From assembly GCF_009914755.1 (NCBI RefSeq), contig NC_060929.1: a DNA stretch of 64,000 nucleotides; one strand, written 5' to 3'. The position numbers and the translations under genes were made by a program. The notes beneath the pieces are model-generated. The model made no database searches and was not told the DNA's origin. It was given only the letters and a program-made list of their open reading frames with translations. This document shows, piece by piece, positions 35,936 through 51,600 of the stretch (within the stretch, counting starts at the first letter, position 1; each line of letters begins with the position of its first letter). The DNA is from the human T2T-CHM13v2.0 reference genome, Homo sapiens.

Positions 35936-37632
35936 GAGATGGAGTCTCACTGTCACCCAGGCTGGAGTGTAGTGCTGCGATCCTGACTCGCTGCAACCTC
36001 CACCTCTGGAGTTCAGGTGATTCTCCTGCCTCAGCCTTCCGAGTACCTGGGAATACAGGAATGCACCACCATGCCCGGCGAATTTTTCTATTTTCAGTAG
36101 AGACGGAGTTTTGCCATGTTGGCCAGGCTGGTCTCGAACTCCTGAACTCAGGTGATCCACCCGCCTCAGTCTCCCAATAGATTAGATATATTATTAATGA
36201 ATTGCTTCCTTTAACACCCTATTCATTGAATTTTCCAGTAAACCACAATTACTAATTACTCCTGAAATCAGAAAAGAGGTTAAAAAGATTTTATAACAGT
36301 ATCCTATGAAATCTACTACTTTCAAGTAATAGTAGTTGAATTACCAAAACCCGTCACTCAAGCCAATGACTACAATTAAGATATGAGTAACATTTCCTAG
36401 ATAAATAAAGTCAATTAATTATATTTGCATCTGGGAAATAGAGAAAGTACATATAAGCCATGATTTTGAAGTCAAAAGAGAGAGAATATTTGCCAAGGAG
36501 GGGTGAGTTATAGTATGTAATTATAACATACAGAAGCTTTTTGTATGCTGGTAACTAATTTTAATTTCCTACATTTTTATGTAGATTTCTGCTATTCTTG
36601 TCCTATTTTCCTAATCATCTTTCTATATGAATGACTACATAATTCTGAGAATACCAAAAGAGACAGACACAGAACCAATCGGATTCCTTTCTTCTTGAAG
36701 CTTCTGCACAGCAAAAGAAACTATCAACAGAGTGAACAGACAACCTACAGAATGGGAGAAAATTTTTGCAACAATGTATGTGACAAAGATCTAATGTCCA
36801 ACACTGATAAGGAACTTAAACAAATTTACAAGAAAAAAAAAAATCTCATTAGAAAGTGGGCACAGGACATAAACAGACACTTCAAAAGAAGACACACATG
36901 CGGCCAACAAGCATATGAGAAAAAGCTCAATATCACTGATCATTAGAGAAATGCAAATCAAAACCACAATGGCATACCATCTCACACCAGTCAGTATGGT
37001 TATTATTAAGAAGTCAACGCCGGGCATGGTGGCTCACGCCTATAATCCCAGCACTTCAGGAGGCCAAGGCAGGCAGATCGCATGAGGTCAGGAGTTCCAG
37101 ACCAGCCTGGACAACCTGGCGAAACCCCGTCTCTACTAAAAATACAAAAATTAGCCCAGCGTGGTGGCGGGTGCCTGTAATCCCAGCTACTCAGGATGCT
37201 GAGGCAGGAGAATCGCCTGAACCCGGGAGGCAGAGGTTGTAGTGAGCCGAGATCATACCACTGCACTCTCCAGCTTAGGTGACAGAGCGAGACTCTGTCT
37301 CAAAAAAAAAAAAAAAAATATTTGAATTTTGTTTAAATCGCTAACACATACTGGGCATTTAATAACAAAAAAAAAGGACATGAGATTGTGATCCTTATGA
37401 AGGTTTGAGAGGCATTTCACTAGGGTTCAACATACAGCAGTCTGAAACATACTGTAATAATTTAATCCAATGGCTCATCTACAGCACCTAAAAAGATTAC
37501 AGCAGATTCTCATTATTCAGTGTAGTTACGGTCTAGAAAGTTCCATGAACAAATAAAAAGTTAGGTTTCAGCAAGCTACTGGTCACACTTTTGTAAGCTT
37601 ACCAACACCTACTTTTGTTGTATGTGTGCTTA

Positions 37633-37936
<304 letters not shown>

Positions 37937-39535
37937 CTATCTCAAAAAAAATAATAATAATAATTAATTAAATGAACAATAAATAAATAATATACATTGT
38001 TCATTCAATAACATTGAACTCACAGCCAACGGCACTACAGCACTCACGCCTGAATGGAGTTTATTTAATGCATGTATTTTCTCTGTAAGACACATCACAG
38101 ACTTCTTGGACTTGTGAATGCTAAGCAGCACTTCAGCACTATGCTTGGGGGTTAATTTAAATGGCAAAACAACCAACAAACAGTACAAAAACAGGAAAAG
38201 CATGGCATTAAATAGACCACAAAAAGGATACCTGACTATTGTATGAGAGCTGAAAAAGAAGGCAGAATATCATCCTGTTCAAACTCAAATTCTTTGACAC
38301 TCTGCGCAAACACATGACTATGAAAGTGCTGTGAGTACTGATTTGGGGGTTACAAAAAATAGTAGGTGAGTTCACAAATACAAAAGCTGAAAACAAGGAG
38401 GATCGACTGTATTTTCGTAGACAATCTAATCTCAGAAGATTTCAGTTCAGACAAAAATCATGATAATTACTGTATTACAAAAGGGCACTAGATAGGGGGG
38501 AAAGAGTAAAAATCACAATTAAAACAAAGGTTCAAAATTCTGCAGCAACCATATCCAGTCACACTTTAATATGTTTGCGGCAGACTACATTATTGTTCCC
38601 AACTCATCACCCCTCCCTATATCTAAAACCTTTCCCCAAGACAATGCAGTTCCTCCTGCTAGAGATCAGGTATATTTATCTATACTATCAATGTTAGCCA
38701 TGGACAAGGTATGTGCTTTGGCTGACTGAATGTTAGTGGACATGAGAGAAGCAATGGCTTAAAATGTACTTCCAGAACTGGAGTTTCCTTGTGATTCTAT
38801 CACTGTGACAGAAACACATTCTCAGGTAGTCCACTGATCCAAGGGGGAACAAACACACAGAAAACATACCTAGACTCTATCTGCAGCTTGCAGCCTCACC
38901 AAGCCAACAACAGTCAACTCACAGATATGTTAGCAAAAATAAATGTTTTTCGTACCTTAAGTTTTATATAATTATTGACCTGCAGTTAACTGATATACAA
39001 TATACATTAATCTTAAAATATCAGTATCCCATTAAAAATATTTACATTAAAAACTGAGACCACTTTCTTTCCTCCTTTTTTTTTTTTTTTTTTTTAAATT
39101 AAGAGACAGGGTGTCTCAATGTTGCCCAAGCTGGAGTTCAGTGGCTAGTGGCTATTCACAAGAACGATCATCGCACACTACCTCAAACTCCTGGGATCAA
39201 GCAATCCTCCTGCCTCAGCTTTCCAAGTCGCTGGGACTATAAGTGTGTACCACAGCATGTCAGCTCTCTCTCTCCTTCTTGACCTAAAGCCTAGCATAAA
39301 ATTAGCTAAGTAGAATGTTTCCAAAGATGGCTGCATCAGTATCTCCCATCCCACATAATTTCTGTTTGATTTTGCCATTCACCCATAAAATGGTGGGATC
39401 TACCTCCCCTCCTTGCAAATTTGAGCTGGCCCTCTGATCCTGTCTAAGATCTGAAGCCAGATATTAAGGTACTTCATTAATTTCCATGTTTGTCCTCTAT
39501 GCAACCTAGCAATCAAGCAAGAAGTCAAAACATAC

Positions 39536-41655
39536 TGACATAGTTTGGATGGGTCCCCACCCAAATCTCACCTTGCATTGTAATAATTCCCACGTGTCAA
39601 GGGTGGGGCCGGGTGCAGATAACTGAATCATGGGGATGGTTCCCCCCATACTGTTCTCGCGGTAGTGACTAAGTCTCATGAGATCTGATGGTTTTATAAA
39701 TGGGAGCTCCCCTGCACATGCTCTCTCCTGCCTGCCACTATGTGAGACATGCTTTTGCACCTCCTTGCCTTCCACCATGATTGTGAGGCCTCCCCAGCCA
39801 TGCAGAACTGTGAGTCAATTCAACCTCTTTCCTTTATAAATTACCCAGTCTCAGGTATGTCTTTATTTGCAGTGTGAGAACAGACTAATACAATAAGTTG
39901 ATACCAGTAGAGTGGGGTGCTGCTGTAAAGATACCCGAAAATGTGGAAGCAACTTTGGAAATGGGTAACAGGGAGAGGCTGGAACAGTTTGGAAGGCTCA
40001 GAAGAGGATAGGAAAATGTGGGAAAGTTTGGAACTTCCTCGAGACTTGTTGAATGGCTTTGACCAAAATGTTAATAGTGATATGGACAACAAGGTCCAGG
40101 CGGAGGTGGTCTCAGAGGGAGATGAGGAATTTGTTGGGAAATGGAGTAAAGTCACTCTTACTATGCAAAGACACTGCAGGCATTGTGCACCTGTATTAGA
40201 AACGGGCATCAGATAGGCGGGAAAGAGGGAAAATAAGAATTTTTTTCTAGAGTTCCCTACAGATCTGTGGAACTTTGAACTTGAGAGAGATGATTTAAGG
40301 TATCTGACACAAGAAATTTCTAAGCAGCAAAGCATTCGAGAAGAAGCAGAGCATACAATTTCAGAAAATTTGTAGCCTGATGATGCAACAGAAAAGAAAA
40401 ATCTATTTTCTCAGGAGACTGGGTTGTAGAAATTTGCATAAGTAATGAGGAGCCAAATGTTAATCACCAAGACAATGGGGCAAATGTCTCCAGGGCATGT
40501 TAGAGACCCTCACAGCAGACCCTCCCATCGCAGGCCAGGAGGCTTAGAAGGAAAAATGGTTTTGTGGGTCCAGAACCCCCTGCTGTGTGCAGCCTAGGAA
40601 CTTGAGGCCCTGCATCCCAGCTGCTCCTGCCATAGGTAAAAGGGGCCAAGGTACACCTCAGGCCATGGCTTCAGAGGGTGCAAGTTCCAAGCCTTTCAGG
40701 TTCTAGGTGGTGTTAAGCCTGCAGATGCACCGAAGTCAAGAATTAACGTTCATGAACCTCTGCCTACATTTCAGAAGATGTATGAAAATGCCTGGAAATC
40801 CAGGCAAAAGTTTGCTGTGGGGGGGAGGGGAGGGGGGGCCCTCATGGATAACCTCTGCTAGGGCAGTGTCAAAGGGAAATATGGGGTTGGAGCTCCCACA
40901 CAGAGTCCCCACTGGGGTACTGCCAAGCAGAGCTGTGAGAAAAGGGCCACCATCCTCCAGACCCCAGAATGGTAGATCCACTGACAGCTTGCACTGTGTG
41001 CCTGGAAAAGCTGCAGACACTCAATGCAGCCAGAAGGGGGGCTGTACCCTGCAAAGCCACAGGGGCGGGGCTGCCCAAGACCCTGGGAACCCACTTCTTG
41101 CATCACCTAGATGTGACACATGGAGTCAAAGGAGGTCATTTTGGAGCTTTAAGATTTGCCTGCTGGGTTTTGGACTTGCATGGGGCCTGTAGCTCTTTCG
41201 CTTTGGCCAATTTCTCCCATTTGAAACGAGTGTATTTACCCAATGCCTGTATCCCTGTGTATCTAGAAAATAACTAACTTGCTTTTGATTTTACAGGCTC
41301 ATAGGTGGAAGGGACTTGCCTTGTCTCAGATGAGACTTTGGACTATGGAATTTTGAGTTAATGCTGAAATAAGAGTTTGGGGGACTTAGGGGAAGGCATG
41401 ATTGCTTTTGAAATATGAGGACATGAGATTTGGGAGGGGCCGGGGAAGAATTATATGGTTTGGCTCTGTCCGCACCCAAATCTCATCTTGAATTGTAACA
41501 ATTCCCATGTGTCAAGGGTGGGGCCAGGTGGAGATAACTGAATCATGGAGGCAGTTTCCCCCATGCTGTTCTCATGGTAGTGAATAAGTCTCATGAGGTC
41601 TGATGGTTTTATAAATGGATGTTCCCCTGCACATGCTCTCTCCTGCCCACCATGT
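39536..41655 (+). mobile_element. THE1 provirus, second copy (5' LTR 39536-39892; truncated 3' LTR 41451-41655)
   Basis: Duplicate of 18252-20376. Confidence 0.92.
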
Positions 41656-42746
41656 CTGACTAAATTTTGTATTTTTACTAGAGACGGGCTTTCACTATGT
41701 TGGCCAGGCTGGCCTCCAACTCCTGATCTCGTGATCCGTCCACCCCGACCTCCCAAAGTGCTAGGATCATAGGCATAAGCCACCACACCCGGCCTCTTTT
41801 TTTTCTTTTTCTTTTTTTTATCTGGAGACTGAGTTTTGCACTCGTTGCCCAGGCTGGAGTGCAATGGTGCGATCTCAGCTCACTGCAGTCTCCACCTCAG
41901 CAGGAGAGCAGGAATCTTCAGTGATCCACGGGCAAATATGCAGCCATTGTGGGCACCTGTTCCTCCCGCGACCTTTGTGCCCACGTCTCTCCCTCCAGTA
42001 CCTACTGCACGACCCCCCACGTCCGCCTCCTGCCATTGCCAGCAGGTGCCTTGCGCGGGTACCTGGCTGCGCTTATTCATCCATTATGGTCGCTCTGTCA
42101 CTGGTGCCATTATGTGCTCACATGCCCACTCCCTCAGGTTTAGAAGTCGCGTTGCCCGGCAACAGAACAATCTGCTGGCTTAGCCTTTGGCCAAGTTGGC
42201 AGCTGGACGAGGACGCTCAGAGCCCAGCTCTTGAGAGTTCAAGTATCCGACAGTTCCCCACTGCTCCCAGGAGCGGTTACCCGGGCACTCTGTGCCCCTC
42301 ATTCCTGTTTGGGCCAAGGCCGAGGACCTGCGAGTAGGGCTCAGTTGCCTGGAGCCCCTTCAGCCCATCCCCCAGTTCACTTTGCTTGTGGGATCTCCCC
42401 GTTGCTCCTGCCCCTGGACTGAGTGGCAGGCCATCCTACAAACACCCGGACACTCGACATCACTGGTGTCAAGACAACTCTAAGAAGGTTTTCCGTGATC
42501 CTGCAAGACCTGTGTTCCATCCTGGTGATTCTGTCTTCAATTTCACTGCACAGGTACCACAGTAAGCCAGTGCTGTGTGCTCCGAGTTCCAGGGCATCCC
42601 CCAGCCCAGCCACTACACTGAGCACAAGGACTCTGTGGGGCCCAGGAGCAGGTAGTCACCCCTTTGGGGTCCACAACACCCGGCTGTCCCCAGACTTGTG
42701 TCCAGGGAAGATAGTGTTGAGGGCCCTCAAGGAGAGCGGGGCAGGG

Positions 42747-43811
42747 ATGCCTGAGCAGGACAAGGACCCCAGAGTCCAAGAAAATCCTGATGATCAGAGA
42801 ACGGTCCCCGAGGTCACCGGGGATGCACGGTCTGCATTTTGGCCCCTGCGGGACAATGGAGGCCCCTCTCCCTTTGTGCCCAGGCCCGGGCCTCTGCAGA
42901 CAGACCTCCACGCCCAGAGCTCAGAAATCAGATATAACCACACATCCCAGACATCCTGGACGAGCTCGAGCACCAAACGAAATGCCATCTCCAGCTCCTA
43001 CAGCTCCACGGGAGGCTTGCCGGGGCTAAAGCAGAGGAGGGGGCCAGCCTCATCCCGCTGCCAGCTGACCCTCAGTTACTCAAAGACAGTGAGTGAGGAC
43101 AGGCCTCAGGCTGTCTCTTCGGGTCACACACGGTGTGAAAAGGGGGCAGATACAGCACCAGGGCAGACAATCGCCCCAACGGGTGGCTCCCCCAGATCCC
43201 ATGACTCTAGGCCCCGTAGACGCAAGATTCCCCTGCTGCCACGCAGGCGAGGGGAGCCTTTGATGCTGCCACCTCCCTTAGAGCTGGGGTACCGGGTCAC
43301 GGCTGAAGACCTGCACCTGGAAAAAGAGACGGCATTCCAGCGCATCAACAGTGCACTGCACGTTGAGGACAAGGCCATCCCGGACTGCAGACCCTCACGG
43401 CCTTCCCACACTTTGTCCTCACTTGCAACAGGGATTTCGGGTGGGCCTCCCGTTTCTAAAGCACCCACTATGGATGCACAGCAGGACAGACCCAAGTCCC
43501 AAGACTGCCTGGGCCTACTGGCCCCCCTAGCATCTGCTGCAGAGGTCTCCTCTACAGCTCCCGTGTCTGGGAAGAAGCACAGACCACCAGGACCCCTGTT
43601 CTCCTCCTCAGATCCCCTTCCTGCCACCTCTTCCCACTCCGGGGACTCAGCCCAGGACACCTCGCTGATTCCTGCCCCCTTCACACCTGCAAGCAGGGAT
43701 GCCGGCATCAGAAGAATGTTTCGTGTTCGACATTGTTTGAGGGGTTTGGGTTTATTTTTGTTGGTTTTTTCTTTTTTTTTTTTTCTTACGTGGGCATCCT
43801 TCAGCTTTTAA
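42747..43811 (+). CDS. POM121L: Short POM121-like protein, copy C, 354 aa from first ATG (single-module form)
   Basis: Same N-terminus and hydrophobic tail as A/B with no internal repeats; frame open from 42423; retains LPPPLELGY. Confidence 0.65.
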   Translation: MPEQDKDPRVQENPDDQRTVPEVTGDARSAFWPLRDNGGPSPFVPRPGPLQTDLHAQSSEIRYNHTSQTSWTSSSTKRNAISSSYSSTGGLPGLKQRRGPASSRCQLTLSYSKTVSEDRPQAVSSGHTRCEKGADTAPGQTIAPTGGSPRSHDSRPRRRKIPLLPRRRGEPLMLPPPLELGYRVTAEDLHLEKETAFQRINSALHVEDKAIPDCRPSRPSHTLSSLATGISGGPPVSKAPTMDAQQDRPKSQDCLGLLAPLASAAEVSSTAPVSGKKHRPPGPLFSSSDPLPATSSHSGDSAQDTSLIPAPFTPASRDAGIRRMFRVRHCLRGLGLFLLVFSFFFFLTWASFSF

Positions 43812-45906
43812 TAATCTGAAAAATTCTATTTACCCATTGTCAATGTGTATAAATTAATCTCAGTCAATTTTATACAATAAAAGGTGAACTTTTATCCATC
43901 AAACAATAATTTAACAAAAAATGTACCGGAAGAAGAATGTTCATTACAAATATAGGAAACATAAATATTACCAAATATTGGCAAGCACTAAAATGTTCAG
44001 AAATATAAGTCTATTACAGTTATAGCTCTCTCAAGCAAAAAAACAGCAGAGAAAAACTTAGTTTACCTGAGGGGCTATTTATTTACTTAGGGATTTGTTA
44101 AAAGGTCAAATGGGGTCACACAGAATACTAAGAAGAGCTGTTCATCCAGGCCTCACTAAGAACTCTTCTTCATGCAGTAGCTATATGGTAATATGACAAC
44201 TGCTCCTACGACCCAAAGAGGAACTACAGCAACTACTCTTTAGCATCTGTTGCTCCCAACTCTGCTTTGCAATTATATGACTCAAGCATTCTGGCTCCGT
44301 TAACTATTACTGCTGTTACTCCCAAGTAAATTCCCTCTAAAAAATAAAAATTTTTAAAGCTGTAATTTAAGCTCTCTGCTGCCTCATGACTTCAATTCCA
44401 TCAGAGTTACGCATTGTTTCCTCTGTACATCTTTGCTCTGCTTCCATTGCTAATTCCCTAGTAAAGTGTTGTATATTCAAAGTTCCAAAGAAACAGAATA
44501 TCCAAGACATCACCAATCATCCAAAACACAGTGTAGGAGGCCACAGTTAAGAGAAGCAAGACCATTAGCTCTTTTTATAGGCTCGAGAACAACAGGATGC
44601 TTTGGTCCTGTATCAGCAGGACGCTTTTTGGGTAGATCCTACTGCCACCCTACTATCGGGTAGATCCTACTGTCACCCTAGCTATGGGCACATGTCAGAG
44701 TCCCATGTAATAAAGGAGACAAAAGGAAACCACCACGAGTATAAACTAAGAAAAGTACTCCAAGGTTTCTAAGAATGGAGCTGTATAACTCACTTTGCCC
44801 CGTTTGTTACTTCTCCACGGTACTTACCACCACCTATTACATATATTTTGTTTATAGTCAGTCTTCCCCCATTAGAATGAAAGTTCCGTGAGGATAGGAC
44901 TATACAGTCAGCCCTCAGTATCCATGGGGGACTGGTTTCAGGATCTCCTGAGGGTAACAAAGGATACTCAAGTCCCTGATATAAAATGACATAGTATTTG
45001 CACATCACCTTTGCACATCCTCCCATATACTTCATATCAACTCTAGATCACTCATAATATCCGATGTAAATGTCATGCAAATAGTTATTGTACTATATTG
45101 TGTAAGGAATAAGGACAAGAAAAAAGTCTGTACATGTTCAGTACAGACGCAATTTTTTTTTCCAATATTTCCAATGCTTGGTTGCCTTAACGGATGTAGA
45201 ACCCAGGAATAAGTTCTGGTGTCCTATTGCATAGTAGGATGAGTATAGTTAACAATAACATATTATATATTTGAAAATAGCCAGAAGAGTAGATTTTGAA
45301 TTTTCTCCCTACAGAAAAATCATTATGCAAATTACCCTGATTTGATCATTACACATTGAGTACATGTATTAAAACATCACATTCTACCCCATATATATGT
45401 ACAGTTATTATGTGTCCATAAAAATTTAATGTCAATGTGTGAAATAAAATGAAAAAATAAAAATTTTTAAAGCTGTAATTATCTCCATCTGGTAGGAATA
45501 TATACAATCTGAAATAAAAAATGTATTTGTAATTGTTAGGACAAAATAGATTATACATTAAGTCTGCAAATTATAAATTATAAAATTCTCACAGAACCTG
45601 AAAAATTATTGATACTGTTAAATATTTAAAAAGCTGTCCTTGGAGAGAAAGAAACCTATCAGATTTACATCAACAAGTGTAATATGTCAGCCTATTACCA
45701 TCTGCTACAGACTGCATGTTTGTGTTCCCTCAAAATTCATATGATAGGCCCGGCGCGGTGGCTCATGCCTGTAATCCCAGCACTTTGGGAGGCCGAGGCG
45801 GGTGGATCATGAGGTCAGGAGATCGAGATCATCCTGGCTAACATGGTAAAACCCCGTCTCTACTGAAAATACAAAAAATTAGCCGGGCGCAGTGGCGGGC
45901 GCCTTA

Positions 45907-46110
<204 letters not shown>

Positions 46111-46295
46111 TTAGGAGAGAATTAGGTTTAGATGAGGTCATGAGAATAGAGCCCCTATGGTGGCATTACTTCCTTTATAAGAAGAGACACTAGAGCTGCT
46201 TTTCTCCCTACCATGTGAGGATACCGAGAGAAGATGGCCATTTCCAATCTAGGAAGCAGGCCCTCTTTAAGAAACATAATTTGCCAACACTTTGA

Positions 46296-46700
<405 letters not shown>

Positions 46701-46856
46701 TAAGATACCATCCTTATAAGCTACAGACCAGCACTATCCAATAGAACTTTATATGACGAGGAAATGTTTTATATCTGTGCTATCCCTTATGTTAGCCACT
46801 AGCCACATGTATCCATCAAGTATTTGAAATATGGCTAGTGCAACTAAAGAACTTAA

Positions 46857-46985
<129 letters not shown>

Positions 46986-47500
46986 TGAGTAGCTGGGACT
47001 GCAGGCGCCCGCCACCACGCCCGGCTAATTTTTTGTATTTTTAATAGAGATGGGGGTTCACCGTCTTAGTAAGGATGGTCTCGATCTCCTGACCTAATGA
47101 TCTGCCCGCCTCGGCCTCCCAAAGTGCTGGGATTACCGGCGTGACCCACCACGCCCGGCCAATTTTTATTTTATCTTATTTAAATAACCACATGTGGCTA
47201 GTGGCTAATGTATTGAACACTACAGCTGTAGACAATACGAAATAAATATAAAGCAGTCTCCACTTTGGAAAAACAGAAGACTCTTACTGCCTCATAATAT
47301 AGATGAAAAATGAAATACTAAGATAAGTAAAACGTTCTTTAAAGAACAAAAACAAAAGAAAACCTAATGAAAGCTATAAAAGTCCATTGGATAATAATGC
47401 TACCAGTACTAAGGAAGTACAGCCCCTAAGAGTGATTTGCAGTCACAAATATAAAAATGACTATTCAAGTGAACTCCTAAGGTGAAAATTTCTTATTCAC

Positions 47501-47596
47501 CATGCTCCAAAATGGTCTGTAATATTCTTCAGAGATGGCATGGTAAAGTACGATAAAAGGGTAATATTAACAGTATGCTGTCACAGGTGCCATTCT
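47501..47596 (-). pseudogene. Candidate 96-bp exon of the unidentified minus-strand gene fragment (complete only here)
   Basis: Minus strand: ttcttttttaag|agaatggc...ggagcatg|gtgaataag. One frame reads EWHL*QHTVNITLLSYFTMPSLKNITDHFGA (the TGA could be CGA decay). Confidence 0.4.
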
Positions 47597-47709
47597 CTTA
47601 AAAAAGAAATCCAAAAATAAATATAAATGGAAAGCAAATAATTAATGGAGTTTTGACGGTCAATCAATGGTAAATATTATTGGCATTAGATTTTTCTATT
47701 AATTATAGT

Positions 47710-48600
47710 TTACCTATGATCATGTATTTTTCCATTTAAAAATTACCCTAAAACTTAATGGCTTAAAATAACAAATATGTATGACACAATTCATAGAAGT
47801 CAGGGAAATGATGGATTTGGGTAGGTGGTTCTGACTCAAAGTCTCTCATGAGTAAAGGTTGCTGTCATGTTGTTGACCCAGGCAGCATCCCCTGAAGCCT
47901 TTAACTTGTGTTGGAAGGTCCGTGTCTTAGTTTGTTTGCACTGTCGCTACAGAATACCATAGACAGGGTAGCTTATAAACAACAGAAACGTTTCTAATGG
48001 TACCGGAGGCTGGATGGTGCAAAATCAAGGTGCTTGCAGATTTGGTGTCTGGTCAGAGCCCATTTTTTAGTTCATAGATTACTGTCCTCTAGCTCACATG
48101 GCAGAAGGGGCAAGGACGCTTTTTGGGGTCTCTTTTATAAGGGCACTAATCCCCGGCTGGGCAAGGTGGCTCACATCTGTAATCCCAGTACTTTGGGAGG
48201 CTGAGGCAGGCAGATCACGAGGTCAGGAGTTCCAGACCAGCCTGGCCAGTATGGTGAAACCCCGTCTCTACTAAAAATACAAAAATTAGCCAGGTGTGGT
48301 GGTGCGTACCTGTAGTCTCAGCTACTCAGCTACTCAGGAGGCTGAGGCAGAAGAAACACTTGAACCCAGGAGGCAGACGTTGCAGTGAGCTGACATGGCA
48401 CCACTGCACTCCAGCCTGGGTAACAGAGCAAAACTCTGTCTCAAAAATAAATAAATAAATAAATAAAAATAAAAATAAAAACAAAAAATAATAATCAAGG
48501 CACTAATCCCCAACATGAAGACAGACTATCATCTACCAAAAGCTCCACCTCCTACTATCATTACACTGGGGGTTAGGATTTCACAAATTCAGTGCATCAT
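47710..48600 (-). mobile_element. Nested antisense MaLR LTR fragments (MLT/MST type) with a sense Alu at 48155-48495
   Basis: tgtcttagtttgtttgcactg...gcttataaacaacagaaa...ctcacatggcagaagggg; the Alu is flanked by the TSD ggcactaatcccc. Confidence 0.7.
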
Positions 48601-51600
48601 AGTCTGCTTCTAGAATGTTTAATCATTTGGCTGGATATCAGATAGGATGCCTCGGTTCTTCATGTGAGCTTTCTAGAAAAGATAGTTTGGAATTATTTGC
48701 ATGGTGGCTGGGCTCGTAAAGAGTTGAAGGAGAGAAAGAGAGAGAAACACCAGTAAGGAGCAAATTAGTTCACTCAAAATTAAAACCCTAGCCTTTGTGA
48801 CCTTGTCTCACAAGGTAACATTCCAATCCTGCGGTGTTTTATTTCTTAGATGGGAGTCACTCAGCTTAGCCTGCCTTCAAGGGGAGGAGTATGAAGCTCC
48901 ACTTCTTAAACTGAGAAGAATCAACAAATATGTAGATATATATATATTTTTAATAGTATTACAGCTCATGAACCCATTTAAACCCATTTTAGAACTTTAA
49001 AGAAATATTTTAAAACGGAATTTTCAATTAAGCAGAAGAAATTGCCAGCTGTGGAACAGTGAACTTTATCGCTGAAATCACACACATATATACACACACA
49101 CAGTGCAAACTCATACATGATCAAATCTATAATCTTATTACACAAAGTTTTGTGAGAGGAAAAATGCTTGACTTTTCAAAAGGGCTCATTTATTAAAAAT
49201 AAAATGACCATTGTGTTCATTTTAGCTGCAACCTTTAAGCAATCAATGACTATATACTTGCTGTAATCATCCTTTAAAATTAGAATTATTGAAAAGCTTT
49301 ATCACTGATGAATGAAAGAAAGTAATATTGATTTGTGGCCAAGAGAGATAATCTCAGGCAATAAACAGGTGCAGTCTTTGAAGGAATCATTTTATTTTAT
49401 TACTTTCTGACATTATTGAAGCCAATTTTAAATAAATTCATCATGTTTTTAAATTTAATCACGTATTATTTTATCATACATTAGGTAAAGTTTCAATCTA
49501 AGTAACTCCTGGATAAAAAATGAAGTATATCAATTTACAATTACAAATACCCAAATTGTACAGGCATGCATTTTTCAATGACATTTATAAACTGTGTTTT
49601 GTTGTTTGTGCCTTGTGTTTGTTTTATTAATCAAATTAATTTATACAGATATATGTATGGAAATGAGACAGATATAACCAGTTCTCTATAAGTAAGCATT
49701 ATTTAATGGAGTCTTTCCTTTCACTAATGATCATCAGGACAGCTAGGGAAGTGAGTTGAAATTTTCAGGCCATTAGGTTAATAGTTCTAGTAATTCTAGT
49801 AATGTTTCGACAGTCATAATATAAATGATACTATGTGGCTTGAATTAATGCATTTTCTTATGTAACAAATAATAAGACAATTTTTAAAAGTGGTAATTAC
49901 TATTTTTAAATATGACAATTAAAAATAATGAAAGAAAAGAGGTTGTACATTGAGTAGCCATAACATTATCTTTAAACATATTTATTCTTCATTTCCTAAC
50001 TTTTCCCACCTTTTGGCTAAATCGTATGTTCTTTCTCTAACCTCACTTCTGTTTTATTACTCTCTGGGAAAGATTTTTATATAAAACGTCTAAGCAATCA
50101 AACCTAACACAGGATGAATTTCTACACATTACTATACCCTCTGGTCACTATTTTTTTCTTCTCTTTATTGCCCATTTCCCTGTTCTTGAAACATTCCAAT
50201 TATTTGCCTTCCATGACATTCTACTCTTACTTTTACTTTTCTGTCTCTGATTACTCATTTCCAGTTCCTTTTGTCATCTCCTTGTCTTCCTACACCTGCC
50301 AATTAAATTTGAATTTCCTCTGCATTTCATCTTATGTCTCCTTTTCTTCTGCCAAATTCTCTCCTTAGACAAATACAGTCATTCCCATGGTTTTATATCC
50401 CACTTATATTCAGGGGCTCTAGAATGTATAGCGCCAGGCCAAATCTATCTTAAGAACTTACTTTACTTAACCAATTACATCTGCATCTGCTCAGGATCAT
50501 GTAACCCACATCAGCATTTGGCTCTTTTGTAGACCCATTTTTTCTTTTCCTGGAAGTCTATTTTGACACCTACTTTCTGTCACTACCCACGTTTTAGCAT
50601 TTAGCCTTGTCAATTTACTCTCATCCATATGTAACTCTATCCATTTTCTTCTCTCTATTATGAACAGCAGTTTGAGCCATCATGACCAATTTTGCAGTAT
50701 CCCTTCTTAAATTAGCCTCCTGTTTCGCATTGGACATTTTCACCCCCCAGCAATTCCACCGATTTCATTCTCGGAAAAATATAAATGAAGAGTTACATTT
50801 TTCAATAGCCATAATCATTAAATTTCCATGTGTAAGAAAATGTTCAGAACAGTATCAGTGCATTTATAATAAAATTTAAAAACTTGACCCACAAATCTCT
50901 ACTTGTCCTTCTAGTTTTATTTCATTTGTCTCTCGTCAATCTCTACATTCTGATCACCACAATCTTTTAATTCATCTGAAAGCTAAGCTCTCTCTTAATT
51001 TACATTCTCTATACTTGCAATTTTGTCTACCTAGAAGTGTCTTCTTCCATCTTTGGATTGTTATTGCAAATCCATTGAATAGTTCTCATCTGAATTGTTT
51101 CTTCCTTGGGATGACTTATAAACACTTCATCCTACAGCCAAATCAGAAGACCAATATCAAAATCTTTCATCACATCCTAAATTTGCTTATATGTAATTAT
51201 ATGGCAAGAATCTCTTTGTCTTTATAATCATTATTCACTTATCTATGTTTTTTAAAAACTCTTCTAGGTGGTGATGCTAAGCTCCGTAATGTTGGGCTTG
51301 TTACCTGTCTCAACTATCTTCCACACCTACCACAGTACCTGCTACATAGATGTATTCAATATATATTTTTAGAATTAGTAAATGATGAGCAAGCGTGTAC
51401 TTTTGTTCTCTTTCATTACAGTGTTAGAAATGCTATTACAGCATTAGAAAAGATAATCAGAAAGAAAATTTAATAGATCATCAGAAAAAATCCCAAGACT
51501 TTTAGGCAAATGAGCCTACAAACACAGGTGGAATGGACTTGCAATTTACCAAGAAATAGGTTTGTCATACTTAGAAACCAACTGCATAAACATGTTTTTA

